A stretch of 64,000 bases of DNA from a virus. Position 1 is the first letter of the stretch. Each line of letters begins with the position of its first letter. The stretch is from the IMG/VR virus record IMGVR_UViG_3300032524_000070; one strand, 5' to 3'. Positions 29,101-38,100 of the stretch are shown in pieces. The position numbers were made by a program, and so were the translations under genes. Below the pieces are notes generated by a model. That model was given only the letters and a program-made list of their open reading frames with translations. It made no database searches and was not told where the DNA came from.

Positions 29101-32100
29101 TGGTCACCCGCATCGACGGCAACGTGCCTCCGGTCCCCGTGGCAGCTCAGACATCGCTCCTGCTCCCGGAGGAGATCGTCGGGCAGGTCTTCTGGGGCAG
29201 CTTGAGCAGGCAGGCGGCGAGCCGGGCAACGTGGTCCTTCATGCGTTACGGCCTGGTGCCCGACCAGGTGTTCATCCAGGGCCACGCGGTCGTCAACAAC
29301 ACGGAGATGAGCGACCTCCCCGAGGACAACCCGGCGGCCGGTGGCGGCCAGTGGTGGCCGGTGCAGACCTTCGGGACGGCAGAGATCCTGCCGAACGTGG
29401 ACACCTTGCTCTTGAAGGCCACTTCGGCGAGCAGTGTCTACGATCTGAGCTACGGCTACGCCCGAGTGGAGCCATTCTTCACCCCGGACGCCATCTTCGA
29501 CTACCGGGCAGGCATCCAGCTCGACTCGACCACCATCGGGGCAGGTGGAGCTGAGCTGCTGCTGGACGACACGCAGCGACAGACCGTCGTGCGCAGCCTC
29601 ATGGTGCTGGAGAACCTGTCGGCTGACCCCACGGCCTACCGGGGCCTGGTGTCGCTGCCGCAGGTGAGCCACACCGGCCTCTTCCCGACCTCCGAGATGG
29701 GCTGGGCGGTCGAGGCAGGTGCGACCGTGGTGGGGACGCATGAAGGCGCTCAGATGGTGGTGGTGCAGAACGCCACCCAGCGGGGCAAGTGGCTCAACAA
29801 CCTGGTGTTCGACGCGACTGACCCCGGCATCGTCGATGCGGACGAGGGGCGGGTCTTCGAGGCACGGCTGGAGGTCAAGGCCCGGACGACCAACGCCAAC
29901 GGCGACTCCGGCATCATCTTCGGTGGCCAGGTCGCGGCTGCGGGGGCCGGGTTCGCGTACTTCCAGATCGAGCTGGCCGGAGCCATCGGCAGCGAGGTGG
30001 TTCGGCTTCGGACTGCTGCCGGTGCCCCCATCGGCGAGTACACCTTCGACTGGACGGGGGAGGCCCACACGTTCCGGCTCCTCGCCAACCGGGTAGCGGA
30101 TACGGTCACCCTGGTCATCGACGACATCGTGCAGACGCCCAGCGTCGCGTTCACGGCCTTCACCGGGGGCACGAACAACACGCAGGCATTCTTCGGCTGC
30201 ACGGGTCGGGACGCTGCTGATGCCTTCGACACAGCCTTGACGGCCACGGTCGAGTGGCAGCACTTCCACGCCCACGTCCAGGCTCCGGCGGGTGTCGTGC
30301 GAACCATCGGTGTGCTGCGGGGGGTGACGGCCAACGCCTTCTCGCAGGACATCAACGACTACGAGCTGCCTCGAACGGACGCCTCAACGGCTCCGAACTC
30401 GTGGGCGACCGGGCCGGTCATCGAGTGGTGGGACTGGCGGCAGCCCATCGACCTGCGGGTCTACCGCGATCCAGGCTGGGGCGTCACGGTCTTCCGGCCC
30501 GACCTGCCCTTGCCGCCCTACTACGTGCCCGAGGACGGCACGGCAGGGGTGGGCTTCATCACGGAGTCCAACGAGCCTTCGGCGGGCTGGATCAACGTCG
30601 AGTACAAGAACCTGCCTCCGACGCGGGGTGAGCAGCTCGGGTTCGTGGGCTTCGGCAGCCTGATCCCCGAGGACATCAGCCAGGCCCGGTGGGACTGGGT
30701 CCGCTACCGGATGTTCAAGCACCCGACCGAGGACCGCATCGCTCCTGAGCACATGCTCCTCAACCAGTTCAACGTCATCACGAGCGGGGAACGCACGCAG
30801 GACGTGACCCTGGAGACGGTCATCGTCCAGACGATGGACAAGACGCGGCTGTCCTTGCTGCCGACGCACCTGTACGCCGAGTCCATCTACAAGATCATCG
30901 ACGGGGCGACGATCTGGACGCGGGAGTTCTGGACCTTCGACCCGGCTTCGCAGCTCGTCACCCTCCAGCCCGACCCGCTGACGGGAGCCGCACGGGAGTT
31001 CTCTGCCGAGCACGCCAACGTCACGGTGATGTTCACGCCGGGCTTGCCGGTCACGAACACGTACCTGGGGCTCCAGCCCCTCCTGGACGGGGTGACGCTG
31101 CTCAACGAGGGCACGCCTCCGATTCCGATGAGCCAGACGGCTGAGAGCCAGATCGAGACGGTGTATGGGTCGCACTTGAACGACCCGGAGGACGTGCTCA
31201 ACGACGACCCAGACTTCGTGCTCAACGACCCGCACAGAACGATCCGCCACAACGACGTGGAGGGCTCGCTCTACGAGTCGCTGGACTTCATCGAGGTGGA
31301 CAACAGCGGCCAGACCGACCTCATCGCGGCCATCTGCGAGGGTGGTCCCGGCACAGGCTTCTCCGGGCACTCGCCCACCGAGGGGGAGGACACCTACTCC
31401 AAGACCGGCGGCGGGGCAGCTCTCGGTGGCGTGGGTGGCGTGGCTGACCTGTTCGCCACGGGCACCAAGGTCGGCATGGCGGTCGGGGCCGAGGTCTTCG
31501 ACTTCAGCGGGACGATGTTCTGGCACGACACGGACTTCCTGCCCCAGCCGGACTGGCAGCAGAAGGGCGGGATGCCCGGCGGCATCCTGTTCGCCTCTGG
31601 CGGCAACTTCGTCAACCCGGTGGTGGACGCCCTGGGCAACATCATCCCTGGAGCGGTCGTAGCGGGCGGTGGCAACCTCGGGCCGGGCACGGCAGTCCTG
31701 TTCCCCACCTTCCCGGCCAGAGGGCCTGTGGGTGGCGACCAGGGGCGCATCTACCAGCGCACGGACTGGTACCTGAGCCTCCGCTCTGTGCTGGCCACCG
31801 ACCCCGGTGGTTCGGCAGGTTCGGCAGGTTCGGCAGGTTCGGCAGGTGGTGGTGCGGTCGAGACCCCGCTGGACGAGGACTGGACGGCATCCGGGTGGGA
31901 CACGGATGCTCCGAGTGGCCCTGCGAGTCAGGTCGTCAACCCGACCGGGGTGACCAACCCTCTGGGTGCGGCCATCGGGTACATGCTGGGGGCAGGCGAC
32001 TACTCCCGCTACGGCCCGTGGGGTGGCCTGGGTGCCTTGTCGGCTGCCCGGGACTCCGGGAGCTTCGTGTTCATGGTCACGCTGGAAGAGAACGACCGGA

Positions 32101-32591
32101 TCATGCTGTGGGACCGGACCACCCTGACCCGGCATGGCTTCCGTGCGAAGGCTGTCCCCACGAACCCGAACCACCACTTCCAGCGAGGCCCGAACGAGCA
32201 CATCGCTCTGGCGAATGCCATCAACGGCTCCACCATCGGCGACGACTACTTCGCGGTCGCTGGTCTGAGCCTCAGCGGTCAGCTCAGCGTCACGGTCTAC
32301 ACGCTCGCTCCGGCCTTGCCGAACAGCAACCCGGACACGGCGGTCATCGGCACCAACACGCCGAACATCATCCTGGCCGATGTGCTCTCCACCGAGAACC
32401 CGACCCCGGCGGGGTGGACCTACGGGGTTCCGTGGGGTGGCTCCGAACTCACGCAGTCTTCTCTGCTGGCTGGTGGGGTGCAGACCATCGACTACCTGAA
32501 CGCCTACGACCCCCGCTTGGGTATCGTGGCGAACGGCGGTCAGGTGCTCTCCTTGGGGGCGGAAGTCAAGTTGATTTTCCAGCCAGCTTGA
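26172..32591 (+). CDS. Large (2139 aa) virion structural protein with Ig-like and lectin-like beta domains
   Basis: PPYVSSA...TIEVFFSEEV...DPTSY...GLTDIAGNPI resembles a bacterial Ig-like domain. Repeated beta-sandwich segments and a GY-rich N-terminus. Confidence 0.7.
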   Translation: MAFTPPTNPEDSYELSPFGFGPFPLPGESVDVAPPHPVGGGYGGVGFLSAGDLPDNGSPYGLGSYGSRWFSRPKVNISGGYGGDPYGLGGYGSTEVTPPYVSSAISLDGFTIEVFFSEEVDTTNPALTDPTSYTLEPITGAAPATVLSVHIEKLGSVNLAAGDTIAGAISVVITHTGTTQGGMYKVHATGLTDIAGNPIIDADAPFLAKGEPPTFAVSLPAPDAGNELLVTFSHPMLQNAGGFPDLASYDFAVATSNPYPIDLVPTSIVVVDDKQVRLGVKGMTSLNYDLTVSEAFAFAFDTTLGLRNCTALTLGVGTVTESPGYLVFSRPNTSAGFAREWDDTSGTITPLTSTLRSDCTFDFSNAAFEPAISLFPVPEVGEILFQDGVPGNGLFIKVMLQMSITGVEQVRLRSGTFDMTVDATWSDAVHTISFVRNMQAGIVTFLLDEQPLTSTAIANVDAPAETQASVRFGLYPGGWNISGVRLVSLITTSSTTVFSSAWNFLHGQIGQFLGSDLLTRDRLLTQRGPLVKGWGDATPATEADVAVIINGTAVSIAEVNPYIGGIVLTVPVPLLPLGDPQASVAVDYKWFKSPVMELAGLNTLGLVLNKFDCARRGHHDPAAHGDQVQVLPGQPDFMANPGHPKGAVDIHRFPMSVVLGPMSRSEPLYIGHRYMGFERAYSALTNSPTTLRLNQAPGRVSVPGFEREVAGVSVAYEGLVKPVDAAPAWALDGADFGAVDHDADAGIDLGTYTIIDPIVGDAGPTETATVYHRGLDLTYPSSVNLVARFQTAATALFDTDHVAPSPAPTGLVAVPTADGVFTGVGFGIHDNRHLYFCGVLLINGVEHVGLLLNPKRIHEWESWAIGPKSILTASSQSRGAFPSSQVSTGFTVGSKFQRLTGTQVGVYTATSVVAQSDGTTTVDFTPVLPSPWDIYGNKFVEVVFETRASIKPFTYRLDLDTDQQVAELRISGETRGVVTRIDGNVPPVPVAAQTSLLLPEEIVGQVFWGSLSRQAASRATWSFMRYGLVPDQVFIQGHAVVNNTEMSDLPEDNPAAGGGQWWPVQTFGTAEILPNVDTLLLKATSASSVYDLSYGYARVEPFFTPDAIFDYRAGIQLDSTTIGAGGAELLLDDTQRQTVVRSLMVLENLSADPTAYRGLVSLPQVSHTGLFPTSEMGWAVEAGATVVGTHEGAQMVVVQNATQRGKWLNNLVFDATDPGIVDADEGRVFEARLEVKARTTNANGDSGIIFGGQVAAAGAGFAYFQIELAGAIGSEVVRLRTAAGAPIGEYTFDWTGEAHTFRLLANRVADTVTLVIDDIVQTPSVAFTAFTGGTNNTQAFFGCTGRDAADAFDTALTATVEWQHFHAHVQAPAGVVRTIGVLRGVTANAFSQDINDYELPRTDASTAPNSWATGPVIEWWDWRQPIDLRVYRDPGWGVTVFRPDLPLPPYYVPEDGTAGVGFITESNEPSAGWINVEYKNLPPTRGEQLGFVGFGSLIPEDISQARWDWVRYRMFKHPTEDRIAPEHMLLNQFNVITSGERTQDVTLETVIVQTMDKTRLSLLPTHLYAESIYKIIDGATIWTREFWTFDPASQLVTLQPDPLTGAAREFSAEHANVTVMFTPGLPVTNTYLGLQPLLDGVTLLNEGTPPIPMSQTAESQIETVYGSHLNDPEDVLNDDPDFVLNDPHRTIRHNDVEGSLYESLDFIEVDNSGQTDLIAAICEGGPGTGFSGHSPTEGEDTYSKTGGGAALGGVGGVADLFATGTKVGMAVGAEVFDFSGTMFWHDTDFLPQPDWQQKGGMPGGILFASGGNFVNPVVDALGNIIPGAVVAGGGNLGPGTAVLFPTFPARGPVGGDQGRIYQRTDWYLSLRSVLATDPGGSAGSAGSAGSAGGGAVETPLDEDWTASGWDTDAPSGPASQVVNPTGVTNPLGAAIGYMLGAGDYSRYGPWGGLGALSAARDSGSFVFMVTLEENDRIMLWDRTTLTRHGFRAKAVPTNPNHHFQRGPNEHIALANAINGSTIGDDYFAVAGLSLSGQLSVTVYTLAPALPNSNPDTAVIGTNTPNIILADVLSTENPTPAGWTYGVPWGGSELTQSSLLAGGVQTIDYLNAYDPRLGIVANGGQVLSLGAEVKLIFQPA
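31809..31844 (+). repeat. Perfect 9-bp tandem repeat (GGTTCGGCA)x4 encoding a GSA linker
   Basis: Seen directly; gives DPGGSAGSAGSAGSAGGG in the 2139-aa protein. Confidence 0.9.
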
Positions 32592-32593
32592 CC

Positions 32594-32625
32594 CGGTATC
32601 CAGCCTATGAGGCACGGAAGATGAG
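32594..32625 (+). promoter_or_regulatory. Putative late-promoter motif copy 3
   Basis: CGGT-ATCCA-GCCTATGaggcacggaaGATGAG. Confidence 0.6.
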
Positions 32626-32652
32626 CAACCGGCCTGACCCCGGGAGGAGCTG

Positions 32653-32853
32653 ATGCCCCAGTACAGCGAGCAGATGAAGCGACAGCGGCAACAGGTCAAG
32701 ATGGGCCTGGCGTTGCAGTACGCCGATGCTCCCCTTCGAGCAAAGAAGGGCACCTTCATCTTCGACATGAAGGACGCGGAGACGGGCGAGCAGCTCGCCT
32801 ACTTTGAGAAGGACACCGAGAACCAGTCCAAGGAGCACGTTCGGGATGCGTAA
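32653..32853 (+). pseudogene. Orphaned original 5' end of the 33526 tail/baseplate gene, interrupted by an endonuclease insertion
   Basis: Strong RBS (GGAGGAG). KGTFIFDMKDAETGEQLA matches KGEFFFKMTDARSGRVLA at the start of 33526 (10/18 identical). Similarity stops at about 32814 and the ORF runs into the endonuclease RBS/start. Confidence 0.7.
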
Positions 32854-33529
32854 GGGCACCACCCACACGGAAGCGACGAAGGCAAGGCTCCGTGAAGCTC
32901 GAAGCCATCAGGTGCCGTGGAACAAGGGCGTCAAGACGGGGCCTCGACCGGCAGCCGTGCGTCAGAGGATCTCCGAGTCATTGATGGGGCACCCGGATCA
33001 TGTCCCCGTTGAGAAGAAGGCCACATGGAGACGGGCAATCTCGGAGTCCAAGAAGGGCCACGTTCAGTCAGATGATACTCGGCGCAAGCGGAGTGCCTCC
33101 ATGTCCCGGGCATACGCGGAGGGTCGGAAAACCGTCAAGCCAGCTTCCGGCTACGGGAAGGGTCGTCACTACGAGTCGCCGTTCCAGGGGTCAGTGTGGT
33201 TGCGGTCCACATCAGAAGTGCAGCGAGCCGAGGAATTGGATGCTGAGGGCGTGGTCTGGTTCTACGAGGTCCGTCGCTTCCCTGTTCGCATGGGGGATCG
33301 GGTTACGACCTACAGGCCGGATTTCTGGATCATCCCTGGTCTTGTTCGGGAAGACGTGCCCATCGATTACAGAGGTTTCCTCTTGTCGCTTCCTGTTGAA
33401 CGGGTTCGTGTCGAGGACGTGAAGGGGTGGTGGAAGCCCTCGCACAAGACCTTCCCGAAGATTCAGGCATTTCAGCAGCAGTACCCCGACATCCGATTCG
33501 AGATCGTCATTCGAGAGGGTCAGCGATGA
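32846..33529 (+). mobile_element. Free-standing homing endonuclease: NUMOD3-like repeats + PD-(D/E)XK nuclease
   Basis: AAGGAG RBS, ATG at 32846. HTEATKARL, PWNKG and KGHVQSDDTRRKRS are NUMOD3-like. LRSTSE...WFYE...TYRPDFWI...EDVKGW is a PD-(D/E)XK core. Lower GC3 than the flanking genes. Confidence 0.8.
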
Positions 33530-34083
33530 TCACGACCAAAGCCAAGGGCGAGTTCTTCTTCAAGATGACGGACGCCCGATCCGGGCGTGTTCTCGCTGAG
33601 TGGAATCAGCCCCAGGTCATCACCCTGGACGCAGGGATCGCCGGGGCTGCCCACTTCAAGGGTGACCTGACCGGCGGGTTGAAGATGCTGGCCATCGGGA
33701 CGGGTGCGACGGGCAACCTGCTCTCGCCGGACGCCCCGCAGAACACGCAGCGCAAGCTCAACAACGAGATCCAGCGCAAGGCGTTTTCGTCCACGACGTA
33801 CCGCACGGCAGAGGGTGTGGCGGTCAGCTATCGCACGCACATCGTTGACTTCACCACGACCTACGGCGAGGCCGAGGCGGTGGGTGCTCTCAACGAGATG
33901 GGGCTGCTGGTCCCGGCATCGATCAACCCTGCGACGCTGAACCCCATCAACAACGGGCCGTCCAACTACGACGCGAGCATCGACGTGGCCGGGCTGGACT
34001 TGATGGTCAACTACCTGACCTTTTCGGTAGTATCGAAACCAAGTACAGCGGTTTTGGCTATCACATGGAGGCTTACGCACTGA
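33526..34083 (+). CDS. Baseplate/tail-fibre attachment protein (tail-collar/DUF3751-like)
   Basis: ATGA overlap at 33526. VITLDAG...LAIGTG...KLNNEIQRK...FTTTYGEAEAVGALNEMGL...NYLTFSVVSKP...ITWRLT is a conserved myovirus baseplate/fibre-proximal family pattern. Confidence 0.75.
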   Translation: MITTKAKGEFFFKMTDARSGRVLAEWNQPQVITLDAGIAGAAHFKGDLTGGLKMLAIGTGATGNLLSPDAPQNTQRKLNNEIQRKAFSSTTYRTAEGVAVSYRTHIVDFTTTYGEAEAVGALNEMGLLVPASINPATLNPINNGPSNYDASIDVAGLDLMVNYLTFSVVSKPSTAVLAITWRLTH

Positions 34084-35105
34084 TGCTGGCCCCCCACTCG
34101 CCACACCCCAACCCAGAGAGTAAGGTAGTTGACCAGAACTACTTGAAGGGGGTTGGTATGCCTGGTGTGGTCAAGTGCCGGGTCTGCGGCATCGAGCGAC
34201 GACGGCTGGGGGCTCACATCAAGGCGTCCCACGGGATGACAGTGCCCGAGTACCAGTTGCAGTTTCCCGATGCAGCCGTGGAGGTCATCGGTAGTCGTGT
34301 GCGGTCTGCGGAATGTCGGGCCAAGCAGGCGACGGCTGCCAAGCGGCGGTGGGCTGACCCAGATGAGCGGGCTGCACAATCGGCTCGACTCAAAGATGCG
34401 GCCCCGTGGAAGGGCAAGAATCTCTCAGAGAGCCACAAGGCGGCGATCTCGGTGGGTGGATCTGGTGTCGCACATGACCTCACGGACGAGCGGCGAGCAG
34501 AACTAGCCGCCCGAGGTCGGCGGCTTCTGGTCAACAGCCGACAGCACCCGGACTATCGGCAGAAGCTCTCCGAGGGGCAAAGGCGGCGGCATGAGCGGGA
34601 GATCTGCGGTCTTGCGGACCCTGCCAATCAGCGCAAGAGCTACAACACCAGACTCAAGAACGGCACGCTCATCCCTCCCGGTGGGGGTCGCGGTATCACG
34701 GGCTTCCGCAAGGGTCTGTCGCACTACTGCCGAAGCACACTGGAGGCGAACTTCGCCCGCATCCTCGTTCACGAGAGGGTGCCCTACGAGTATGAGCCGA
34801 GGGTATTCATGCTGCCTGGTGGGGGCCGGTGGACACCGGATTTCCGGCTGCTCGCACCTCTCGGGGGTATCCCTGCTGGCTGGGTGGAAATGAAGGGCTG
34901 GCGACAGAAGGATGGCACCTTGCCGGGTGAAGCCTCTGCCAAGATCGCCGCCTTTGAGCAGATGACGGGGGAGGCTGTGTACGTCCTGGTGCAGAGCAGC
35001 CCTGAGTGGAAGGCCCTCACTGCGAAGTACGCTGGGCTGGTTCCGTGGGAGAGGCCCCGTTTCAACCTCAAGACTCATCCGGCCCTGTTCGGGAGGAAAG
35101 CCTGA
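34083..35105 (+). mobile_element. Free-standing homing endonuclease: C2H2 (MucR/Ros-like) Zn finger + NUMOD3 + PD-(D/E)XK
   Basis: VKCRVCG...LGAHIKASHGMTVPEY (Zn finger); PWKGKNLSESHKAAIS (NUMOD3-like); RSTLEANFARIL...YEYEP...WTPDF...WVEMKGW (nuclease). Start is either 34083 (TGATG) or 34158. Confidence 0.8.
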
Positions 35106-38100
35106 TGGCGGTCAAGGACCACACCAACCACTTCGACGCGCTTGAGTCGGCCCCTACCCCGGCCGACTTGCGAGTGCCGAACACCGTGTCCCGCTCGCCG
35201 GGGACTGGTGAGCGTGCCTTCATTGGTGTCGTCGCTGAGTCCGGCAAGCCGGTCCTCGACGCAGAGCTGAACCTGCACCAGAACGCTCAGTGGATGGAGG
35301 ACTACCTCCTTCGTCGCTGGCAGACCCCTTCGGGCTGGCTCCGGGGGCGCACACACCTCGATGCCTACTGCGACTGGAGCCTGGAGACGGCTCCTGCTGG
35401 CGTCACCGACGATTCTGGCCTCGTAGACCCCGGTGGCTCCGCAGGTTCGGCGGGCTCTGGTGGCTCTGGTGGCTCTGGTGGATCAGCGGGTGGTGGTGGC
35501 CCCCTCATCGCCGACGACGGGACGCTCCTGGACTCCGTGATTCTTCCGAGGCTCGAAGCCACGGTGGCCGGGCATCCGGTGGTGGTCGAGTACACGAACA
35601 CGAAGACGCCGGGCTACAACCTCATCGGCCTGACACCCGCGAAGATCTACGACGGCACGAACGCGACGGTGAAGCGCACCGACATGATCTTCCTGGAGGT
35701 CTGGCGGTCACTGGTGGCCCCCTCGCCCTTCGCCACGGGTCAGATCCAGATCGTTGCCTTCGCTTCCCTGATCGCTGGTGACCTTGTTCGCATCAACGGC
35801 ATCGCCCTGACGGCTGTGGCGGGGGCTCCGGGCCTCAACCAGTTCCAGATCGGTGCGAGCAACGACATCACGGCCACGAACATCGCCACGGCGATCAACC
35901 TGGTCGCCAACTCGTTCGACCTCATCGTGACGGCCCGTCCGACGACCAACGTGGTCCTCCTGACGGCTGACCTGCCCGGAGCTGGCGATGTCATCAGCCA
36001 GACGGGCAACTTCATCACCCTGTCCGTAACGGTCGCCACCGTGGGGGCTATGGTCGTCTCCGGGGCCACGCTGGTCGGGGGTGCTGACCGCCCGAACAAG
36101 CCGAGCAGCGAGCAGGACAAGATCTACCGGCACGGCAACGTGCTGTCCCCCAGCCCCGTCTGGCTCGACGACGAGATGGTCGATCCCATCATCGCGGTCG
36201 AGAGCAGCCAGCGCATCCAGCTCCACTACCGCATCCGCACGACGAGCGACGCCGAGGCCCTCAACTACAAGAAGCACCCGGACGGCTTCTCGAACCTCAT
36301 CGCAGGTGGTGGCCCGAACGACGCGGCCATCTTCGCGCAGGGCAACCGTGCCGTCCCGGTGTGGGCTGGCAACGGCGTGGACACCGTGTCCTACCCCTTC
36401 GTCCCCGCCGACAAGACGAGCACATGGCTCCAGTCCTCTGCCGTGTCCTTCGGCTGGGAAGACGACGGCCTGTACGTCGCGGGTGACGGGTCGGCAACCT
36501 CCGCAGCGAACCTCGGGGCCATCGACGGTTTCGTGTTCGCCATCCCCATCGCGTTCGTTCACCGGCACAACAACGTCAGCGACATGCTGGCGGGCTTCAA
36601 GGGCTTCGACCCGGAGAGCAACGCCAACGGTGCCCCGATGTACGCCCACACCGGCTACGTCGGCCCGCTGGGCAACATCCCGGCTGGTGACTCCGACCGC
36701 CCGGACGGCGAGTTCGCCAACGTCATCACGCAGCAGAACATCCTGGACCTCCGCAGGCACGTCGTCTTCCCCGGAGTGGACCTCGCGGCAGAGCTGAAGT
36801 ACCAGGTCCAGAGCCTCATGGATGGCAACCTGCGAACCTGGTCGGTGGACACCGCCAGCAAGCAGACCCTCGGTGGTGACTCCGGGGATGCCTCGACCCG
36901 TTACCTCATCTGCAACGAGGTCGGTCGCACGGAGTCCGAAGGTGCGACGCCCCCTCTGGCGGGTGAGAACACCGAGCGGGGCGAGCTGATCCGCAGCTAC
37001 GACCACATCTGCCGGAGGTTTGCTGACCAGCCCATCGTGGAACGGGTCGTCGTCGCCTTCTGGCCGGGTGACCGCAACGGAGCCCCCGTGGCTCCGGGTA
37101 CGGACAACCCCGGCAAGTACATCAGCCCCAAGGCTGGTGGTGGCACGATGACGGCCCTCTGGTACGAGGGCGACACGCTCAACCTCGACCTGGAGTTCCT
37201 CAACTCCACGACCCTCGGCGGCATGTTCGACAGCCGCCCGGGTGCGGGCACGGGTGGCGGCGGCTCCGGCACGGGCATCCCGGACCAGAACTTCCTTCAG
37301 TTCGCTCCGGCGGGCACGGTCATCACCGATGTCCTCAACGCCTGGCACGACGACGGCCACTACGACCAGGTGACCAACCAGAACGTGCAGCTCGGCATCA
37401 TCAAGGGCCTGGGCACGACGCACCTCCAGGTCACCATCGACGCCAACGACACGGTGACCACAGAGGGGCAGCCCATCGCCGGACCGAACATCGAGCACAA
37501 GATGGTCGGCTCGGACGTGGCTGGTGCTCCCCCGGTGGCTCCTGCGAACTTCGGTTCGCCTCGACGCATCTTCCTGGAGGTCGAGATCACCTACCCCATC
37601 GGGGTGGGGACGACCGACACCCCGGACCACGAGGTCATCCCGGACCTGGGCGTCTACACGGACAGCGTGCTGACGGTCACTGGCCCCGGCCCGCTCATCG
37701 AGAACGACGTGCTCCAGCGGCCCGCCGACTTCGAGAACCTGCTGGCAGCCCGCTACCGCAGTGGCTTCCGCGAGGTGCAGTCGGAGTACGTGGCGAACGA
37801 CACCATCAACCACGCGGCTCCTCTGGCTGGAACGGCCATCGGGGTGGCGACGGTCGAGCAGATCGTCTCGCTGGACCGCAGCACCTTGCGGTTCCCCCGC
37901 CGGGTGTGGAGCAACGACAATGGAACCGGGCTGTACGTCAACGACGTACCCGGAGCGGCAGTCCAGACGGTCGATGTCCCCAACTCGGAGCTGGGTTCTT
38001 CCAGCCGCCTCATCCAGCTCGCCGGGGGCGGGGGCATTCCCCTCTCGGGAGTGGGTCACACGCTCTGCGACATCCGGTACTTCGCACAGGACCCGATCCC

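Noticed and set aside
31809-31844. Tandem repeat as a possible CRISPR array
   Set aside because: 9-bp unit without spacers, in frame within a CDS.
32815-33612. Group I intron, intein or ribosomal bypass explanation for the split gene
   Set aside because: The insert is almost entirely the nuclease ORF, leaving little room for a ribozyme core. It is out of frame, so not an intein. The downstream part has its own start and a duplicate N-terminus. Not formally excluded without RT-PCR.
35006-35104. ORF-track upstream extensions (944, 32804, 33427, 34065, 35006, 59288, 59490, 59765)
   Set aside because: They overlap neighbouring genes or regulatory motifs; downstream starts with an RBS or stop-start coupling are better supported.
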